A DNA stretch of 64,000 bases from Phaeosaccion multiseriatum (lineage: Eukaryota; Protista; Ochrophyta, other classes): contig OZ218950.1 in NCBI GenBank assembly GCA_965112735.1, positions 5,270,001-5,334,000 on the forward strand, in the 5' to 3' direction. The notes beneath the pieces are model-generated. The model worked only from the letters and a program-made list of their open reading frames with translations. It ran no database searches and was not told the DNA's origin. This document shows positions 51,001-59,247 of this stretch, one piece after another; positions within the stretch are counted from its first letter, which is position 1, and every line of letters begins with the position of its first letter. A program made the translations under genes and the position numbers.

Positions 51001-54000
51001 TCTGGTGTTCAGCTCCGGCACGGCCAACTCCGGCAACAGCGGCGCCGTGCTCATCGGCAGCGGCGCCAGCACGGGAGGTCGTGGCGGCATGCTGAGCCTG
51101 ACGGCGGGCAGCGGCACCAGCGGCGCTGGCGGTCTGGTACAGATGTATGCTGGTGTGAGTACGGCCCTGACGGGCGGTGTGGTGAGCATCGGGGGCGGCG
51201 AGGGCCGCGCGTCCACGAGCGGGTCTGTGACTGTGCGCTCTCTGAACGCTGGCACGAAGGGCACGAGTGGTCGTCTGGTGTTCAGCTCCGGCACGGCCAA
51301 CTCCGGCAACAGCGGCGCCGTGCTCATCGGAAGTGGCGCCAGCACGGGAGGACGTGGTGGCATGGTGAGCCTGACGGCGGGCAGCGGCACCAGCGGCGCT
51401 GGCGGTCTGGTGCAGATGTATGCTGGTGTGAGCACGGCTCTGACGGGCGGTGTGGTGAGCATCGGGGGCGGTGAGGGCCGCGCGTCCACGAGCGGGTCTG
51501 TGACTGTGCGCTCTCTGAACGCTGGCACGGCTGGCTCGAGTGGTCGTCTGGTGTTCAGCTCCGGCACGGCCAACTCCGGCAACAGCGGCGCTGTGCTCAT
51601 CGGCAGCGGCGCCAGCACGGGAGGTCGTGGAGGCATGCTGAGCCTGACGGCGGGCAGCGGCACCAGCGGCGCTGGCGGTCTGGCGCAGATGTATGCTGGT
51701 GTGAGTACGGCCCTGACGGGCGGTGTGGTGAGCATCGGGGGCGGTGAGGGCCGCGCGTCCACGAGCGGGTCTGTGACTGTGCGCTCTCTGAACGCTGGCA
51801 CGGCCGGCACGAGTGGTCGTCTGGTGTTCAGCTCCGGCACAGCCAACTCTGGCAACAGCGGCGCCGTGCTCATCGGCAGCGGCGCCAGCACGGGAGGACG
51901 TGGCGGCATGCTGAGCCTGACGGCGGGCAGCGGCACCAGCGGCGCTGGCGGTCTGGTGCAGATGTATGCTGGTGTGAGTACGGTACTGACGGGCGGTGTG
52001 GTGAGCATCGGCGGCGGCGAGGGACGCGCGTCCACGAGCGGGTCTGTGACTGTGCGCTCTCTGAACGCTGGCACGGCTGGCACGAGTGGTCGTCTGGTGT
52101 TCAGCTCCGGCACGGCCAACTCCGGCAACAGCGGCGCCGTGCTCATCGGCAGCGGCGCCAGCACGGGAGGTCGTGGCGGCATGCTGAGCCTGACGGCGGG
52201 CAGCGGCACCAGCGGCGCTGGCGGTCTGGTGCAGATGTATGCTGGCGTGAGTACGGCTCTGACCGGCGGGGTGGTGAGCATCGGGGGCGGCGAGGGCCGC
52301 GCGTCCACGAGCGGGTCTGTGACTGTGCGCTCTCTGAACGCTGGCACGGCCGGCACGAGTGGTCGTCTGGTGTTCAGCTCCGGCACGGCCAACTCCGGCA
52401 ACAGCGGCGCCGTGCTCATCGGCAGCGGCGCCAGCACGGGAGGACGTGGCGGCATGCTGAGCCTGACGGCAGGCAGCGGCACCAGCGGCGCTGGCGGTCT
52501 GGTGCAGATGTACGCTGGTGTGAGCACGGCTCTGACGGGCGGTGTGGTGAGCATCGGGGGCGGTGAGGGCCGCGCGTCCACGAGCGGGTCTGTGACTGTG
52601 CGCTCTCTGAACGCTGGCACGAAGGGTACGAGTGGTCGTCTGGTGTTCAGCTCCGGCACGGCCAACTCCGGCAACAGCGGTGCCGTGCTCATCGGCAGCG
52701 GCGCCAGCACGGGAGGTCGTGGCGGCATGCTGAGCCTGACGGCGGGCAGCGGCACCAGCGGCGCTGGCGGTCTGGTACAGATGTATGCTGGTGTGAGCAC
52801 GGTACTGACGGGCGGTGTGGTGAGCATCGGGGGTGGTGAGGGTCGCGCGTCCACGAGCGGGTCTGTGACTGTGCGCTCTCTGAACGCTGGTACGGCTGGC
52901 TCGAGTGGTCGTCTGGTGTTCAGCTCCGGCACGGCCAACTCCGGCAACAGCGGCGCCGTGCTCATCGGCAGCGGCGCCAGCACGGGAGGACGTGGCGGCA
53001 TGCTGAGCCTGACGGCGGGCAGCGGCACCAGCGGCGCCGGTGGTCTGGTGCAGATGTATGCTGGTGTGAGCACGGTACTGACAGGCGGTGTGGTGAGCAT
53101 CGGGGGCGGCGAGGGCCGCGCGTCCACGAGCGGGTCTGTGACTGTGCGCTCTCTGAACGCTGGAGCGGCTGGCTCGAGTGGTCGTCTGGTGTTCAGCTCC
53201 GGCACGGCCAACTCCGGCAACAGCGGCGCCGTGCTCATCGGCAGCGGCGCCAGCACGGGAGGACGTGGCGGCATGCTGAGCCTGACGGCGGGCAGCGGCA
53301 CCAGCGGCGCTGGCGGTCTGGTGCAGATGTATGCTGGTGTGAGCACGGCCCTGACAGGCGGTGTGGTGAGCATCGGGGGCGGTGAGGGCCGCGCGTCCAC
53401 GAGCGGGTCTGTGACTGTGCGCTCTCTGAACGCTGGCTCGGCTGGTACGAGTGGTCGTCTGGTGTTCAGCTCCGGCACGGCCAACTCCGGCAACAGCGGC
53501 GCCGTGCTCATCGGCAGCGGCGCCAGCACGGGAGGTCGTGGAGGCATGCTGAGCCTGACGGCGGGCAGCGGCACCAGCGGCGCTGGCGGTCTGGTGCAGA
53601 TGTATGCTGGTGTGAGCACGGCCCTGACGGGCGGTGTGGTGAGCATCGGGGGCGGCGAGGGCCGCGCGTCCACGAGCGGGTCTGTGACTGTGCGCTCTCT
53701 GAACGCTGGCACGGCTGGCACGAGTGGTCGTCTGGTGTTCAGCTCCGGCACGGCCAACTCCGGCAACAGCGGCGCCGTGCTCATCGGCAGCGGCGCCAGC
53801 ACGGGAGGACGTGGCGGTATGCTGAGCCTGACGGCGGGCAGCGGCACCAGCGGCGCTGGCGGTCTGGTGCAGATGTATGCTGGTGTGAGCACGGCCCTGA
53901 CGGGCGGTGTGGTGAGCATCGGGGGTGGTGAGGGCCGCGCGTCCACGAGCGGGTCTGTGACTGTGCGCTCTCTGAACGCTGGCACGAAGGGTACGAGTGG

Positions 54001-55620
54001 TCGTCTGGTGTTCAGCTCCGGCACGGCCAACTCCGGCAACAGCGGCGCCGTGCTCATCGGCAGCGGCGCCAGCACGGGAGGACGTGGCGGCATGCTGAGC
54101 CTGACGGCGGGCAGCGGCACCAGCGGCGCTGGCGGTCTGGTACAGATGTATGCTGGTGTGAGCACGGTACTGACGGGCGGTGTGTTGAGCATCGGGGGTG
54201 GTGAGGGCCGCGCATCCACGAGCGGGTCTGTGACTGTGCGCTCTCTGAACGCTGGCACGGCTGGTACGAGTGGTCGTCTGGTGTTCAGCTCCGGCACGGC
54301 CAACTCCGGCAACAGCGGCGCCGTGCTCATCGGCAGCGGCGCCAGCACGGGAGGACGTGGCGGCATGCTGAGCCTGACGGCGGGCAGCGGCACCAGCGGC
54401 GCTGGTGGTCTGGTGCAGATATATGCCGGTCTGAGCACGGCTCTGACGGGCGGTGTGGTGAGCATCGGGGGTGGTGAGGGCCGCGCGTCCACGAGCGGGT
54501 CTGTGACTGTGCGCTCTCTGAACGCTGGCACGGCCGGCTCGAGTGGTCGTCTGGTGTTCAGCTCCGGCACGGCCAACTCCGGCAACAGCGGCGCCGTGCT
54601 CATCGGCAGCGGCGCCAGTACGGGAGGACGTGGCGGCATGCTGAGCCTGACGGCGGGCAGCGGCACCAGCGGCGCTGGCGGTCTCGTGCAGATGTATGCT
54701 GGTGTGAGTACGGCCCTGACGGGAGGTGTGTTGAGCATCGGGGGCGGCGAGGGCCGCGCGTCCACGAGCGGGTCTGTGACTGTGCGCTCTCTGAACGCTG
54801 GCTCGGCTGGTACGAGTGGTCGTCTGGTGTTCAGCTCCGGCACGGCCAACTCTGGCAACAGCGGCGCCGTGCTCATCGGCAGCGGCGCCAGCACGGGAGG
54901 ACGTGGCGGCATGCTGAGCCTGACGGCGGGCAGCGGCACCAGCGGCGCTGGTGGTCTGGTGCAGATGTATGCTGGTGTGAGCACGGCCCTGACGGGCGGT
55001 GTGGTGAGCATCGGGGGCGGCGAGGGCCGTGCGTCCACGAGCGGGTCTGTGACTGTGCGCTCTCTGAACGCTGGCACGGCTGGCACGAGTGGTCGTCTGG
55101 TGTTTAGCTCCGGCACGGCCAACTCCGGCAACAGCGGCGCCGTGCTCATCGGCAGCGGCGCCAGCACGGGAGGACGTGGCGGCATGCTGAGCCTGACGGC
55201 GGGCAGCGGCACCAGCGGCGCTGGTGGTCTGGTACAGATGTATGCTGGTGTGAGCACGGCTCTGACGGGCGGTGTGGTGAGCATCGGGGGCGGCGAGGGA
55301 CGCGCGTCCACGAGCGGGTCTGTGACTGTGCGCTCTCTGAACGCTGGCACGAAGGGTACGAGTGGTCGTCTGGTGTTCAGCTCCGGCACGGCCAACTCTG
55401 GTAACAGCGGCGCCGTGCTCATCGGTAGCGGCGCCAGCACGGGAGGACGTGGCGGCATGCTGAGCCTGACGGCGGGCAGCGGCACCAGCGGCGCTGGCGG
55501 TCTGGTGCAGATGTATGCCGGTGTGAGTACGGCCTTGACAGGCGGTGTGGTGAGCATCGGGGGAGGTGAGGGCCGCACATCCACGAGCGGGTCTGTGACT
55601 GTGCGCTCTCTGAACGCTGG
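1..55620 (+). repeat. Coding tandem array, 273-bp unit (91 aa), 204 unit starts in the window, consensus about 71% GC
   Basis: The ATG of 'MYAG' recurs at 48, 321, ..., 26256 (48+96x273), 37766, ..., 55511 (37766+65x273). Unit: MYAGVSTVLTGGVVSIGGGEGRASTSGSVTVRSLNAGTAGTSGRLVFSSGTANSGNSGAVLIGSGASTGGRGGMVSLTAGSGTSGAGGLVQ. GC was hand-counted on the consensus unit (193/273). Confidence 0.99.
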
Positions 55621-56455
55621 TACAGCGGGTGCGAGTGGTCGACTGGTGTTTAGCTCTGGTGTGGCCACCTCCGGCAACAGCGGATCTGTACTGATTGGCA
55701 CGGGAGCTGCCACCGGTGGTCGCGGAGGTGCCATTTCGATGGCTGTGGCAGCCGGTGACAGTGGAATGGGTGGAAGTATTACTATTGAGGCGGGCAGCAC
55801 CAGTGCGACCACCATGAATGGTGGGAATGTGGTGGTGAAGCCGGGCAACAACGGCGGTACCACTCTGCCTGGAAGCATTGAACTGCAGGACGGCCTTGGG
55901 AATGTGGCAGTGACAGTTTCGGCAACTACGGTCATTGACAGCGCATCTACGACAGATCTGTCTTCTACGACGGCCATGACCATTGATTCGGGTGATACCT
56001 TGTCAATCGCGTCGGCCGCAGCGACTACGCTTGTTTCGACTACTTCGGTAGCTATCACAGCAAGCGGAGGTGCGATCACCCTGAACCCGTCCACCCATGT
56101 GACTTTCAACGGCAAGGAAGTTCGAGGCTGGATGATGGGTTCTGGGACGCATTCAAGCGGCGCACTTCTCACCACTGGTACAACCGCAGCTACCATCGAT
56201 GCAATTGTTGGGCAGTTCACAAGAACAGCGTCGGGAGACTTGTCAGGTGGTGGCACAGAGGTGGTTCGAATCGCGAACTCATTGGTCACCACGTCAGACT
56301 ACGTCATCGGCACCATCACCTCTTCCTGCGATAACAAAGTGATGGGCCTGGTAAGCACCACGATTAGTGCGGGAACAATCGACTTCGGCGTCTACTTGGA
56401 TTGTTCGACCTCGAGCACTTATACTTTGAGTTTCGTTGTCTACAAGATTCTATGA
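3..56455 (+). CDS. Giant Gly/Ser/Thr-rich tandem-repeat protein (>=18,800 aa, 5'-truncated by the window); predicted beta-helical/solenoid fibre with a unique C-terminal domain; apparently split by assembly indels at 26304-37503
   Basis: The frame is open from nt 3 (LTAGSGTSGAGALVQMY...). ORFs 42..(26303), 26341..(30340) and 37496..56455 all encode the same 91-aa unit. The repeat frame has no stop codons, and inter-copy differences are mostly synonymous. The last segment reads through a degenerate unit into a unique C-terminus ending ...YTLSFVVYKIL-TGA-TGA, followed by an AT-rich 3' region. Confidence 0.85.
26304..37503 (+). other. Low-quality consensus zone within the array: dozens of small indels (net +44 nt), probably sequencing or polishing artefacts
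   Basis: Extra G/C bases in homopolymers (e.g. 26304-26309, 30340-30342, 31061-31063, 31113-31115, 31594-31596, 37501-37503), dinucleotide slips (~32008, ~36224) and merged-allele strings (acggctactg at 32016 and 35315; atgcgtgagc at 37437). The 273-nt phase is exact outside this zone. Confidence 0.8.
55621..56455 (+). other. Non-repetitive C-terminal region of the giant protein: degenerate repeats, 8-aa-periodic beta segment, ~88-aa terminal beta-rich domain with two Cys
   Basis: From the translation of the end of ORF 37496..56455: GGAISMAVAAG / GGSITIEAG / GGNVVVKPG, then TVIDSAST-TDLSSTTA-MTIDSGDT-LSIASAAA-TTLVSTTS-VAITASGG-AITLNPST, then ATIDAIVGQFTRT...LSFVVYKIL*. Confidence 0.85.
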
Positions 56456-56986
56456 TGACAACACGGAGATGATTGCCGGTTGGCGATCAATAATATATAA
56501 ATACAAATGAAGTGATTTACAACAACAACAAAATAGCATTTTCCTCTTCGTCCCATAGTCCCGCAGTAGTCGTAACAGATCGCGGGCCTTTCTTTGGCGC
56601 CGGTCGCTGCCCCGCCCCAACTTCTGGCTCCCGTGCCTTAGGTTGATTCCCATAAGTCCATAATTTGTGTGCCCACGGAGGACGGAGACGCTCCTTTCCC
56701 AGCACACATGTGTCTGGTCAACCCTTTTTCGTGTATATACCATTCGTCCGTTTGTTTACCATTTAGTCTATTAAAGATAGCCTGATGTCATATAACAGCA
56801 TAGAGAATAGACTCTTTCTTCGAGATTGATGCTGTCCCTGTCTGTCTGACCTGGCCGGCCGAGGGTGTGCTACCAATTTTCGCACGGCACAAAGGACAAC
56901 AAAGCCAGTTTCTGCCAGCATCACATATTCTTACATTAACGGTAGAATGAGTGGTTTCATGGCATTCGTTTCGTTCGGGCACGTCG

Positions 56987-59030
56987 CTACGATGCCTTGG
57001 CTGCTGCAACCTGCAAAGCTTCCTCCAGTATTCGAAGGCAATCGTTCACTTCTGCCTCAGACACCACGAGAGGGGGTACAAATCGAATGACCTTAAGCCC
57101 CGCGGGCACGAGAAGTAGACCCTTCTCAGATGCCGTTCCCACAACCTCCCCGGCGAGGACGGGTGCAGTCTCCTTCAAGACCAGGCCCAAAATGAGGCCC
57201 CATCCCCGGACGCCTTCGCAGAGGGAGGGGAACTTAGCCACGAGCGCTTCCAGGCCTGGTGAGGAGAAGAGAGCCACACACATGAGCTTCAAATCCAAAG
57301 GGGAGAGAAAGAAAGGCGTAATCGAATCTATCAATACCTGCCCGTAGCTGCTCTCCTCGCGCTTGACAATTGTCCAGGAGCCCTCCATTGTCCAGTTGGT
57401 CCGCCACCGCCAGCCCGGCCGCACACGCGAGGGGGTTTCCGCCGTAGGTAGAGGCGTGGTCCCCGGGCCCGAACACGTTTGCCCTGGCCTTGCACAGCAT
57501 CGCCCCGATAGGCACCCCGCCTCCCAAAGCTTTGGCAGAGGTGAACACATCAGGCTGCACGCCCAGATTTTCGTAACCCCATAGCCGGCCAGTGCGACCC
57601 ATTCCCGTCTGCAGCAGACAAGTCGTGGAAGCGTGCCTTGTGTAAGCAAACGAACGAACGCGCAGAGCACGTCTCACACACGCGCACGCACCTGGACTTC
57701 GTCACAGATCATGAGAGCGCCGGTCTCGTCACAAATTTGCCGAATGGCCTGGAAGAACTCCTTACTCGCGGGCTTTACTCCGCCCTCTCCCTGTAGAGCC
57801 TCCATCATGATTGCAGCCACCCCGCGCCGCTTCTGGCCTGGTAGCGCGCCTCTCAACCTGCCCAGTCCATTGATGCGACCCACCTTTCGAAGTTTCGTGC
57901 AAGCAAGTTGTGGGTCGTCAGACCTCTCTATAGGAGTAAACCAACAGTTTGGCGAAAGATGGCGCTCGAGGTTCTCACCAGTTTCTTGAGCCCTTTAACG
58001 TCGTTGAGGGCCACATACTCAAAGCCCGGTACGAGGGGCCCGAAGTTCTTTTGGTACTTGGGCTGGCCTGTTGCTGATATGGTGGCCATGGTGCGACCAT
58101 GGAAGGACTGCGGATACAATATACAGAGTTTACGCGCCGGCTTGAGTCTTGGGAACACACCAGCTGGGAACCCAGGAGCGAGTACGTTACCTCGTGTGCA
58201 GTAATAATGATGGGATAGTCGATGCCCAGTTCGGTGTGCGCGTGCTTCCGAGAGAGCTTGATTGCCGCCTCATTCGCCTCCGCCCCGGAGTTGCAGAAGA
58301 AGGCCTGTCAACATAGTGGCGGCGAGCAATCGATGCAGTAACCCGTTGGTCGAGCTGCACATTTGAGCTGGCCCCGTTGCCCACGGCGTGCAGGTCTTCC
58401 TGTCTTTACCTTGTCTGCGCAGCTGTTCTCGACCAGCCACTTTGCCAGTTCTCCTTGTTGCGGAATGTAGTATAAGTTGGATATGTGGTGCAGCTTTGAC
58501 ACTTGCTCAGACACGGCCTTGGCGAACACCTTGTTGCCGTGCCCCAGAGCGCACGTCGATATGCCTGCCACAAAGTCCAAGTACTCCTTGCCGTTGATGT
58601 CTGTGAGCTGAGGGACGGAAGGCATTGCTCAGACAAGGTGACCTCCCAGGTCCAATACAACGGGCACCTACTCACCTTGCATCCGTCGCCACGGACGATT
58701 GTGAGGGGGTATCGCCCATACGTTTTTTGCACCACACTGTCGAAGACCGCTGGTGTCATACCTTCCTCTCCGGCTGATGCCGTGGCAGCGTGGGACGTCC
58801 GCGACAGCAAGGCAGCACTACTCCTTGTGTTGCAAGTCTCCTCGAACCGGCCCTGTATTCGTACAGCATAGAATCAAGCGGTTCGTTCAAACACCTTCCC
58901 TCCTCATGTCGCTCCCCACCAATTTTAAACACACCTGCCGGCGCGAGATAGCCAAGCTTCCCTGGCTGAATGCCACTCCACCGGCACAGCAGCTCCCGGC
59001 CACCACAGCCAGCAACGCCTTGTTCCGCAT
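56987..59030 (-). CDS. argD: Acetylornithine aminotransferase (class-III PLP aminotransferase), plastid-targeted; 8 exons, ~481 aa
   Basis: Exons on the minus strand: 59030-58935, 58852-58676, 58607-58410, 58304-58191, 58107-57979, 57883-57692, 57608-57338, 57255-56987. All introns are GT-AG (68-105 nt) and the exons join in frame (1446 nt). Motifs: [59 protein letters not shown] lysine in [32 protein letters not shown]. Confidence 0.95.
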
Positions 59031-59125
59031 GTTTGCACACTGTTTTCTGTTCACCACAATCCCCGATCCTCGGATCGATCGGGCGGGAGTCGGCCGTAGA
59101 GTGCCATCGCCTCCCCCTAAAAGTA
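59031..59125. promoter_or_regulatory. Very short divergent intergenic region (putative bidirectional promoter)
   Basis: The argD ATG at 59030 (-) and the next gene's candidate ATGs at 59126 or 59159 (+) are only ~95-130 nt apart, head to head. No specific promoter motif was identified. Confidence 0.45.
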
Positions 59126-59215
59126 ATGCGGAAGTTTCGTGCCGCATTGTATAGACAAATGATTCGCAGGAGGCGAAGCAGCTGCGATAGCAGCAGCACC
59201 AGCAGCAGTAGTAGC

Positions 59216-59247
<32 letters not shown>

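Noticed and set aside
1-55620. CRISPR array or non-coding satellite/centromeric repeat
   Set aside because: There are no unique spacers and no cas genes. The unit length is a multiple of 3, variation is mostly synonymous, and the array is fused in frame to a unique C-terminus.
16377-56292. Very long minus-strand ORFs (MPLPAVRLTMPPRPP... and RAGAAADEHG... repeats, up to 4649 aa)
   Set aside because: These are antisense shadows of a GC-rich repeat whose consensus happens to lack stops. They are broken by substitutions that are synonymous in the + frame (e.g. gtg>gtt giving TGA at 16424, 18608 and 44314) and have no credible termini.
1-56455. Known bacterial repeat families (ice-nucleation protein, PE-PGRS, RTX adhesin, autotransporter)
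   Set aside because: It lacks the AGYGSTxTA, GGxGGxGG-type PGRS and GGxGxDxL motifs and has no C-terminal beta-barrel. The flanking genes are intron-containing eukaryotic genes.
56450-57009. Short minus-strand ORFs between the giant gene and argD
   Set aside because: They lie in the convergent 3' UTR/intergenic region, have no recognisable motifs and mostly use non-ATG starts.
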